Below are positions 8,714 through 15,622 of a stretch of 32,000 nt of DNA, one piece after another. Numbering within the stretch: the first letter of the stretch is position 1; every line of letters starts with the position of its first letter. The DNA is taken from the NCBI GenBank assembly GCA_049644285.1, contig JBARRP010000064.1, forward strand, positions 2,469 through 34,468, in the 5' to 3' direction. The translations under genes and the position numbers were made by a program. The DNA comes from Candidatus Acidiferrales bacterium (GTDB taxonomy: Bacteria; Acidobacteriota; Terriglobia; Acidiferrales; UBA7541). The notes below the pieces were generated by a model. That model ran no database searches, was not told the DNA's origin, and saw nothing but the letters and a program-made list of their open reading frames with translations.

Positions 8714-10090
8714 CTACGGAGAGGCGTGAAGGCCAGTGGCTCCTCCTCGGCCGGCGCGATGCGATCTCTCCAGGTCCGAGATCGCAGCTCCCAAGGTCCC
8801 TGCCAGCCTTTGAATCAATTCCGTAGTGATGATATACGGTGGCGCCAGAAGCAAGTGGTCGCCGCGTTCCCCATCCACGCATCCTTGGATCGGATAGGTC
8901 ACCACCCCCGCATCGAAGACATCCTGCGCCACCCGGTGGGCGATATGAGCTTCCGGGGGAAAAGGCGTGCCTGTCTTCGAGTCGCTCACCAACTCGATCC
9001 CAACCAGCAGCCCCATGCCCCGGATATCGCCGACAATCGAATACTTCTGAAGTGGCACAAGCGCCTGTTTCAACTCCCGTCCGGTCGGAATCACCCGCTC
9101 GAATAACCGGTGCTTCGCGGCGTATTCGAGCACCGCCAGGCCCGCTGCCGCCGCCACCGGATGCGCGTTGTAAGTGAAACCATGAAGGAAAGAACCGGAG
9201 CCGCGCGCGATCGCATCCGCCAGATGTCCAGCAACCAGAACGGCGCCCAGCGGCGCATAGCCGCTCGCGATTCCCTTCCCCACCAGGATCAAGTCCGGCG
9301 TCACGCCCCAGTGCTGGATCGCAAAATTCTTGCCGGTTCGGCCCATGCCCGTCATCACCTCATCGGCAATCAGCAGAATTCCGTGGCGACGGCAGATTTC
9401 CGCGATCCGTTGGACGTAGCCTTCCGGCGGCGCGACTGCGCCCAGCGTGGCGCCTGCCACCGGCTCAAAAATGAACGCAGCGACTGTTTTGGGGTCTTCT
9501 CTTTGCAGAAGCCGCTCGAGCTCGTCAGCGCAATCCACATTGCACTCCGGATAGTGCAACCCGAGCGGGCACCGGTAGCAATAGCACGGCACGATGTGGC
9601 CCCATTCGCTCAGCAAAGGAGCGAATGGTTCGCGCCGCCGCGTGTTTCCGGATACAGAAAGAGCCCCCAGCGTGCTCCCGTGATAGCTCTGCTTGCGGGA
9701 AACAATCCGGGTGCGTTTCGGCTCACCGCATTCCAGAAAATATTGCCGGCACAGCTTGATTGCAGTTTCGGTGGCTTCGGAGCCGCCGGAGGTGAAATAC
9801 ACGCGTCCCGAACCGCGCAAGCCTACCGGCGCCATCGCCAGAAGACGCTCGGCGAGTTCCTCGGCGGGCGAATTCTGAAACTGCGAAGAGTGCACGTAGG
9901 CAAGCTGCATAGCTTGATCGGCCATGGCACGCCCCACCGATTCCACGCCGTGACCGATCGTAACCACCGCAGCCCCGCCTGCCGCGTCGAGATACTGTTT
10001 CCCTTCCGCCGTGAAAATAAAGCAGCCCTCGCCGCGCACCGCGCGAGGAGACGTCTTGCGGAAATTGCGCGGAAAAACGTGCTCGCTCAC
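8714..10090 (-). CDS. Class III (fold-type I) PLP-dependent aminotransferase, omega-aminotransferase-like
   Basis: 458 aa with GGAAVVTIGHG, FTSGGSEATETAIKL, IADEVMTGMGRTGKNFA, and LVGKGIASGYAPLGAV (PLP lysine context). Confidence 0.85.
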   Translation of the reverse strand: MSEHVFPRNFRKTSPRAVRGEGCFIFTAEGKQYLDAAGGAAVVTIGHGVESVGRAMADQAMQLAYVHSSQFQNSPAEELAERLLAMAPVGLRGSGRVYFTSGGSEATETAIKLCRQYFLECGEPKRTRIVSRKQSYHGSTLGALSVSGNTRRREPFAPLLSEWGHIVPCYCYRCPLGLHYPECNVDCADELERLLQREDPKTVAAFIFEPVAGATLGAVAPPEGYVQRIAEICRRHGILLIADEVMTGMGRTGKNFAIQHWGVTPDLILVGKGIASGYAPLGAVLVAGHLADAIARGSGSFLHGFTYNAHPVAAAAGLAVLEYAAKHRLFERVIPTGRELKQALVPLQKYSIVGDIRGMGLLVGIELVSDSKTGTPFPPEAHIAHRVAQDVFDAGVVTYPIQGCVDGERGDHLLLAPPYIITTELIQRLAGTLGAAISDLERSHRAGRGGATGLHASP

Positions 10091-10189
10091 GATCCGCTCG
10101 CCTTCCCGGCCAACTCTTCCCCTCCGTGCCGCATTACGCGCTAGGCAAGACTTGCCACATTGGGAATTTCAATCCCAACAAAGACCACA

Positions 10190-10807
10190 TCACCGTCTCG
10201 CAACCTCCGCGCTGCCGCCACCGCCATAGTCTCCTATATGGTTGCGGGGCTTGTCATCAGCAGCCGCTGTTGACTGGCTCGCATTCGCACCGCCCCGCGC
10301 AGCCGTTCGAGCGCGGGCAGCCTTCTTGCAATATTCGGTCCGATCTCGAACTTTAAGCCCTTCCGACGCATGGAACGTGACCACACGCCATTTGTGACCT
10401 TCCCGGACATACACCTTAGTGAATCGCCAGTCATCGGAAACCTCTCGGCCGTTCATCGAGCGAGTTCGTTGGAGACGACCGGTGACAACCGCTGCATTGT
10501 CATACACCCGGACACGAATTTCCGAGCTCTGATAACGGAGGAACTTCATTCGACCGGAGCGCGCAAAGCTGAGCGCGCCAGCTTTCGTCATCAACGCCAT
10601 GCGGGGTACAGCTACTTCGAGATCGTCTGCCCACAATGCTTCCAGGGCGTCGGCGTCTCCGCGCTCGTGAGCCTCATTCCAGACCGTTTCCAGCCGCTCC
10701 AGCTCGCGGATGTCGGCATCGTGAGTGGAGGGCGCCGGTTCCTGCGCACTCACCGTCAATCCCGTGAGGACAAGCGCCAAAGCCGCGCCAAACCAAAGAA
10801 GTTTCAA
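10190..10807 (-). CDS. Secreted DUF4440 / SnoaL-like (NTF2-fold) protein
   Basis: The TTG start at 10807 is preceded by AAGAGGAGG with 6-nt spacing. There is a signal peptide KLLWFGAALALVLTGLTVSAQE. The DUF4440-like core is LERLETVWNEAHERGDADALEALWADDLEV...DDWRFTKVYVREGHKWRVV. The ORF-track start at 10870 is probably too far upstream. The 55-aa basic/Gly-rich C-terminal tail is unexplained. Confidence 0.7.
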   Translation of the reverse strand: MKLLWFGAALALVLTGLTVSAQEPAPSTHDADIRELERLETVWNEAHERGDADALEALWADDLEVAVPRMALMTKAGALSFARSGRMKFLRYQSSEIRVRVYDNAAVVTGRLQRTRSMNGREVSDDWRFTKVYVREGHKWRVVTFHASEGLKVRDRTEYCKKAARARTAARGGANASQSTAAADDKPRNHIGDYGGGGSAEVARR

Positions 10808-10981
10808 GCGAAACCTCCTCTTAGCCGGAACTCCCGTTTTAACTTCGCTGAGCCGGCCGGTAACGTACACCCGGCCCCGTCAGTCTGCAATGCTCCAGTC
10901 AGCTTTTTGAGTGTCGTGTTGGCAAAGACCCATCGGGTGAACGCGCCATTCAGAGAAATGGCTTAACTCCGATTCGCATTC

Positions 10982-11467
10982 GTGCCAGTGCCCCTTGCCG
11001 GGCCCCGAATCGCCTTAAAGTCTCTAATTCTGGTTCTGCGCTGTGCATCTCGCTCGATGCTCGGGTCTGCCGCGCCCCGATTCTCCTGCCTCCCTTCAGC
11101 TATTCTTCAGGAAGGACCTGCCACAATACGGGCCAAGCAGGGCTTCTCCCAAGTCAACGACAAGGCGGCGTGGGCGCGGGGCGTGATTACATCGGTCCAA
11201 GATGCGAAGGACCTTTTGAGCGGCTGGAAGGACCAATCAGCGCCGGTGTTGGTGTCCTTCACAACCGAACTCTCGGACCTGCGCTTCAAGGGTGCAGTCG
11301 TGCAAGTGAACGAAACCGGAGTGTGGCTGTCTGCAGGACCTTGGGCGCTCTGGGTCGGTTTCGAGCGGGCGAAGTTTGAATACGCAGAACCGGATTCTGG
11401 TTGCACCTTGCGTGTTCTCCTGCACACCGGTGACAAGTGTATTGTTCGCGAGCTGCTGCGCCATTGA
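10982..11467 (+). CDS. Hypothetical protein (no recognisable domain)
   Basis: Open frame of 161 aa. Only the C-terminal ~100 aa look protein-like (VITSVQDAKDLLSGWKDQSAPVLVSFTTELSDLRFKGAVVQVNETGVW...). The start is uncertain. Confidence 0.4.
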   Translation: MPVPLAGPRIALKSLILVLRCASRSMLGSAAPRFSCLPSAILQEGPATIRAKQGFSQVNDKAAWARGVITSVQDAKDLLSGWKDQSAPVLVSFTTELSDLRFKGAVVQVNETGVWLSAGPWALWVGFERAKFEYAEPDSGCTLRVLLHTGDKCIVRELLRH

Positions 11468-11670
11468 ATCCCGGAGCGTGATTCTCGCAATCTGACTTCA
11501 GTGCTATGCTCCGATCTGCCGCGGCCCGATCGGAGAGCGCATCGGCGCCGCGCTGCGGTGTCACGCTCCATTCCACCAGAACCCGCTCACGAAACCAAGC
11601 AGCCCTGAGATTTCTTCAGTTTGTTCTCTCGAATCGCAATAGCTTTGAGGGAGTCGAGGAAAAACTTCTT

Positions 11671-12015
11671 GTGAGTCATCCTCCTGACGCAGGTTCGCGC
11701 TTCGGCGAGCGCCGCTCTGTTCCGCGCTTTGCATTCATCGCTTCTCTCGAAATAGATGAGCCCCTCTCGAACACCCGTATTTCCGGCCGTGTCATCGAAA
11801 TCAGTCAAAAAGGTTGCTGCGCCGAAGTCGCAAACCCGCTCCCGGTCAATTCCTTCATTCAGCTGCGAATCAAACGCGATGAGGCTGCGTTCGAGACTTG
11901 GGCTCGAGTGATTTATGATCGCCAGGGTGTCGGGATGGGATTCCTCTTCATTCGCACCGCCGCCGACCAATCGAAAGTGCTAGACACCTGGCTCGTCGAA
12001 CTCAAGGGAAGCTGA
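11671..12015 (+). CDS. Single-domain PilZ protein (c-di-GMP receptor-like)
   Basis: GTG 11671 is preceded by GAGGAAAAA. It carries the PilZ signature RRSVPR (RxxxR) followed by GRVIEISQKG (the D/NxSxxG-like block). The longer 11506 start adds only Arg/Ser-rich sequence. Confidence 0.7.
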   Translation: MSHPPDAGSRFGERRSVPRFAFIASLEIDEPLSNTRISGRVIEISQKGCCAEVANPLPVNSFIQLRIKRDEAAFETWARVIYDRQGVGMGFLFIRTAADQSKVLDTWLVELKGS

Positions 12016-12263
12016 TCTACAAGCATGCATCGCTCGCCGCATGGCGCCACTGCCGTTCGGCACACGCCTCTCGTAGCTGAGGGATACTATCAGAGTGGTA
12101 TGATCTGGTCGCGGCGCGCTATCAGGAGCGGATTAGAACGCATCATGAAAAACCTGGGCCACCCGCCTAACGAGGTGGGCTTATGTTCAACAGGTCGTGC
12201 CAAGCATGCTCCTGATGAGAGGTGCCGACATGGTCATAAACGCTTGCGAGGGAAGATAACTTC

Positions 12264-12588
12264 TTGGGGAAGAAAAAACGGCCTCCGGAATGCCCAAACT
12301 GCGGGCTGCCCTTAGAAGTTGAAATGCTAAAACCCGTGATTCAATGCCCGTTCTGCGGCGCTGAACTGGTTTACACTCCATTGCATCGAGTTCTGTTTCT
12401 CTAGGTCGGTATAGCTCTCGCCCTGGGGCGTTCCGGCGGCGATGGGAATCCGTCTCGCCATTTTTTCCTTGCCTTTCTTTCTTTGTTTCTATCCCGCGAT
12501 TGTATTGGCCGCTTGGCTGGTTCCGAAGGTTATACGTCCTACGTATAAACGCCGCGAACCGACAATAACAACCTTGTTCCGACACTGA
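12264..12588 (+). pseudogene. Possible disrupted small zinc-ribbon + 2-TM membrane protein (or two independent micro-ORFs)
   Basis: TTG 12264 (GAGGGAAG SD, 7-nt spacing) opens a 46-aa frame, MGKKKRPPECPNCGLPLEVEMLKPVIQCPFCGAELVYTPLHRVLFL, with two CxxC pairs. It stops at TAG 12402. Hydrophobic sequence continues as VGIALALG and then, after a 1-nt shift in the G4 run at 12425-12428, as VPAAMGIRLAIFSLPFFLCFYPAIVLAAWLVPKVIRPTYKRREP to TGA 12588. Confidence 0.3.
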
Positions 12589-12641
12589 ACGGGGTCGTCG
12601 CTCGGCGGGTTGACCGACCGGAGGAGACCCGCGTCGACTAC

Positions 12642-12854
12642 GGCGGGGTGGCCCAGGCTCGTTTCAATCCTTTCACTTGCGGCCGGGCACCCCAGGGTTC
12701 GCCCACTCTCTTTGGTCCTTGATCGCTTGACAGCGCAACCCGACCGGATGATTGCATTCGGACATTCATCCTCGGAGTCCATTTCCACCGAAGGGTGCTC
12801 CACTGTTCGATCTTGTTTTCCGAGGAGTGGGGGTTTTATTTCATCGGATCGATC
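12642..12854 (+). ncRNA. R1 repeat copy A: candidate structured small RNA ending in an intrinsic terminator
   Basis: About 90% identical to 13213-13424. Conserved hairpins are CCGGATG-ATTG-CATTCGG (12744-12761) and CCTCGG...CCGAAGG (12770-12794). The terminal hairpin CCACTGTTCG/CGAGGAGTGG (12800-12830) is followed by GGGTTTTATTTCAT. No coding signal was found. Confidence 0.35.
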
Positions 12855-13078
12855 CGCACCAGGCTGAGTCCGGATTGAGCCTAGAAAGAATAGCTGCTCC
12901 AGAGCCATTTCTTTGGATGATCGACGAGGCTTCACTTCACCGGGTTGAATTGCATGGAATGGAGTTCTCATTCCTTTTCTTCCGGCTCCAGATGTTGAAG
13001 TCGTTGAAGCGAGCCTGCCAGAAGCTTCGATACCGCGCCACGGGCGCGGGGGGCTGCCAGAAACACAGTTGCGAAACA

Positions 13079-13150
13079 GGCGGGCTGGCGCAGGCTCGTT
13101 TCAATCCTTTCAGTTGCGGCGAGCGGGCGGGTGGCGCACCCTTTTCGGTT
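13079..13150 (+). repeat. R1 repeat copy C: internally deleted copy retaining the 5' core and a short hairpin + T4
   Basis: GGCGGGCTGGCGCAGGCTCGTTTCAATCCTTTCAGTTGCGGC matches the 5' core of copies A and B. It is followed by GGGTG-GCG-CACCC TTTT (13129-13145). Its 3' flank (GATTAGATAA...GACTTGGTT) resembles the flank of copy B (GATCAGATAA...GACTTGGTT). Confidence 0.4.
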
Positions 13151-13212
13151 GATTAGATAACCGCCTTTGTTCCTTCCGATCAACTCGACTTGGTTACGTG
13201 TTGATGATCACG

Positions 13213-13424
13213 GGCGGGGCGGCCCAGGCTCGTTTCATCCTTTCACTTGCGCCCAGGCAGCCCAGGGTTCGACCACTCGTTTTCGACCTTGATCGCTTGA
13301 CGGCGCAACCCAACCGGATGATTGCATTCGGACATTCCTCCTCGGAGTTCATTTCCACCGAAGGGCGACCCACTCTTCGATCTTGTGTTCCGAAGAGTGG
13401 GGGGTTTATTTCATCGGATCGATC
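13213..13424 (+). ncRNA. R1 repeat copy B: candidate structured small RNA ending in an intrinsic terminator
   Basis: The best-preserved copy. It has an 11-bp perfect terminal stem CCCACTCTTCG/CGAAGAGTGGG (13369-13401) followed by GGGTTTATTTCAT, and the same internal hairpins as copy A (13314-13331 and downstream). GGGCGGG (13212-13218) is complementary to CCCGCCC (13427-13433) just past the element. Confidence 0.35.
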
Positions 13425-13671
13425 GGCCCGCCCTGATCAGATAATGGGGGGTCGCCTCCTTGCGACCGAGTAGACTTGGTTGACCGTAAGCGCCATGGAG
13501 ACACCCCAAGATCCACTCTCTGTTTCTTTCGTTTTCTTCGCTCCACCTCTCGCCTCCAACTCCCAATTCTCTACGACATACACCCCCTTGCAACTCCCCT
13601 GTCCCGTGTTACCGTGGCGTGCGGAGGTGCTGTGTCGTGGTGGCGGTTGCTCGCCGCGAACATGTCAACCC

Positions 13672-14433
13672 ATGACAGAAACCAACGAACATCGCGCAGC
13701 GCGTCTCGTCACAGGCTCTCCCTGTCGAACCAGTCCCAAAACGGGAAGAGACTCCTTCGCTTCACAAGCTCTAATCGCAACGAAGTTCAATTTTCTGGTG
13801 GCGGCCTCACCCCTTTATGCCGCAAGCGGCGCTAGGTTCCGTATTCCGAAGGCCAGCGCTGGCATCTCACTTCCTCCAGCCTCGCGCTTCGAGCATCCAG
13901 CTTCGAGAACTGTACTCGATACACCAAGCTACACCAAATGACAGTCGCAAAATCGCAACTCACTGAAAACAAGCACGATCGTATTTCGTGCCCGCTACAG
14001 GAACGCATGTTTCTGAAGAAGGAGCGCACGCTGAAGGCTGGACGCGCCCGCCTCCGCAGCAGTGCATTCTTGCCCGCATCTCTATTGCATCTCCAACTCC
14101 GGGCGGTAAGCCCTTTATGCTGAAGCGCTTCAATCTCGGCCATCTCTGCTCCCTCCGCGCTATCTGTGGTGAAGCGCGGCTCATTCTCTACCCGTTCTGC
14201 TCGCAACTCGAAATGACAGTCGCAAAACCGCAACTCGGACAAAACACGACTCAAATGCAATTTCTACCCGCAACAAAAACGCATGTTTCTGAACAAAGAG
14301 CGAAGGGCCTGTCCCGCGCACGGCGAGGGACGCGCCAGGCTCTTCGTCCTGAGGTCGCTGCGGTGACCGAAGGACCTCTCTGTTCCTTCAACTTTCGGCT
14401 TTCAACTGTGAACTGTCGACCTTCGTCTCGAAC
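13672..14433 (+). repeat. R2: three diverged tandem units of about 270 bp (starts 13672, 13938, 14213)
   Basis: Each unit begins with ATGACAG. Units 2 and 3 share AAATGACAGTCGCAAAAYCGCAACTC (13936-13961 / 14211-14236) and AACGCATGTTTCTGAA.AA.GAGCG (14002-14026 / 14278-14302). A 1-nt spacing difference between the blocks breaks any common reading frame. Unit 1 is much more diverged but shares CCCTTTATGC.G.AAGCG with unit 2. Confidence 0.6.
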
Positions 14434-15513
14434 ATGATCAACATTCACCAAGCCACCGAAAGCTTCGAGCGATGGAAGTCCTCACACATCCCCGTCGTAA
14501 AGAAGGACCTCGAGATCAAGCACTCCGCGATGGCGGCGGGCATCTTTCCTTTTTTCCGCGCTACGTTCTATCGCTGGCTTCAGCTTTGGGAAGACGTGTG
14601 CCCTGAGGAGGCTCGCGCTCCCAAAGTTCTCGCGGTCGGTGATCTGCACGTCGAAAACTTCGGCACCTGGAGGGATTTGGAAGGCCGCCTGATCTGGGGC
14701 GTCAACGATTTCGATGAAGCGTATCGCATGCCCTACACCATCGATCTTGTGCGCCTCGCGACCAGCGTGCGTCTCGCCATGGAAGAAGAGCATCTCTCGT
14801 TGAAATCTCGAAGCGGCTGCGACTCAATTCTGGAAGGGTATTGCGAAGCGCTCGAGACGGGCTGTCGGCCCTTCGTGCTCGGCGAAAACAACAAGTGGCT
14901 GCGTCGCATTGCTCTGAGCCGGCTGCGCGATCCGGTTCGCTTCTGGGGAAGAATGGAAGCCCTGCCGGCTTATACCGGCAAGATTCCCGATGACGTTCGC
15001 CGGCTCCTCGAAGACGATTTGCCCGAGCCGGAGCTTCCGTATATCCGCAAGCGGCGCGTTGCAGGACTCGGCAGCCTCGGCCATCTGCGCGTCGTGGCCT
15101 TAGCGAAATGGCGTGGAGCCTGGATTGCCCGTGAAATCAAAGCGCTCGCTCCTTCCGCCTGCGTCTGGGCCGGCGGCGATCGCAAGAACAGCAAAATCCA
15201 CTACCAGGAAATCATCGGCGCCGCCGCCCGCGTTCCCGATCCGTTCCTTCGCATCACGGAAGGCTATCTCCTTCGGCGACTCGCGCCAGACTGCTCGCGC
15301 ATTTTGCTCGCATCGCTTCCAGAAGACCGCGACGAAACGCGGCTGGTTCGAGCCATGGGCTTCGAGACCGCCAACATTCACTTCGGCAGCCCCAAATCGT
15401 TTCGCGCCGTAATTCGAGATCTGGAAAGGCGTCCCGATGGCTGGCTTCACCGGGCTGCCAAGAGGATGGCTAAAGCTACGCGTCGCGACTGGAAGCAGTG
15501 GTGCGATGGGTAG
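14434..15513 (+). CDS. DUF2252 family protein (kinase-like GDxHxxNFG motif)
   Basis: 359 aa with FFRATFYRW and VGDLHVENFGTWRDLEGRLIWGVNDFDEA, the hallmark DUF2252 block. Confidence 0.75.
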   Translation: MINIHQATESFERWKSSHIPVVKKDLEIKHSAMAAGIFPFFRATFYRWLQLWEDVCPEEARAPKVLAVGDLHVENFGTWRDLEGRLIWGVNDFDEAYRMPYTIDLVRLATSVRLAMEEEHLSLKSRSGCDSILEGYCEALETGCRPFVLGENNKWLRRIALSRLRDPVRFWGRMEALPAYTGKIPDDVRRLLEDDLPEPELPYIRKRRVAGLGSLGHLRVVALAKWRGAWIAREIKALAPSACVWAGGDRKNSKIHYQEIIGAAARVPDPFLRITEGYLLRRLAPDCSRILLASLPEDRDETRLVRAMGFETANIHFGSPKSFRAVIRDLERRPDGWLHRAAKRMAKATRRDWKQWCDG

Positions 15514-15622
15514 CGCTGCTCGCGATCGGGAATCCGGCATTCCGGAATCCGGCTTTACGCCGCCACACCCCCGGTGTAGCATGCTGGCTCCTCTGCCGGC
15601 TCAGGCGGTCCCTGGCTTTGCT

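Noticed and set aside
10146-10159. A sigma-54-like promoter, TGGCAAGTCTTGCC (minus strand).
   Set aside because: The GG-to-GC spacing is 10 nt instead of the canonical 12. The sequence is better explained as a simple palindrome.
11509-11535. The hairpin CTCCGATC-N11-GATCGGAG downstream of the 10982..11467 ORF, as a possible terminator.
   Set aside because: There is no T-tract after the stem. The centre is a GC palindrome with no viable RNA loop. It was not reported as a feature.
12163-12190. An integron attC-like core (GCCTAAC ... GTTCAAC) at the start of the ORF-poor region.
   Set aside because: The second site does not fit GTTRRRY. The element would be only about 27 bp. No intI gene and no cassette-like periodicity are present.
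12489-12971. 160-aa minus-strand ORF running through R1 copy A. The aligned frame in copy B also stays open for about 70 codons.
   Set aside because: Nearly every nucleotide difference between the copies is non-synonymous (about 13 aa changes from 16 substitutions). Copy B lacks a start and loses the frame at the 1-nt indel. There is no SD and the composition is Arg/Ser-rich.
12657-13250. A CRISPR-like repeat. The R1 5' core GTTTCAATCCTTTCACTTGCGGC (reverse complement ...GTGAAAGGATTGAAAC) resembles the ATTGAAAC end of many CRISPR repeats, and it occurs three times.
   Set aside because: The copies start about 435 and 127 nt apart rather than in a regular 60-75 nt repeat-spacer period. The conserved unit extends ~200 nt beyond the motif. 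No cas genes are in the window. A tracrRNA/orphan-repeat idea cannot be excluded but has no support here.
13672-14219. A Pho-box idea. The reverse complement of the conserved ATGACAG is CTGTCAT, the E. coli PhoB half-site, present in all three R2 units next to phosphate-related genes.
   Set aside because: Only single heptamers are present, with no second half-site at the required 11-bp phasing. The acidobacterial PhoB site is unknown to me. It is kept only as a note inside the R2 finding.
13480-14437. ORFs of 61-153 aa in the R2 region (13480..13941 +, 13938..14123 +, 13988..14437 +, 13832..14260 -), including an ATGA overlap with the DUF2252 start and a recurring MTVAK.QL N-terminus.
   Set aside because: The conserved blocks fall in different frames in different units. 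There is no SD before any ATGACAG. GC3 of the 14213-14437 frame is about 45%, against clearly higher values in real genes. The sequences are low-complexity and basic.
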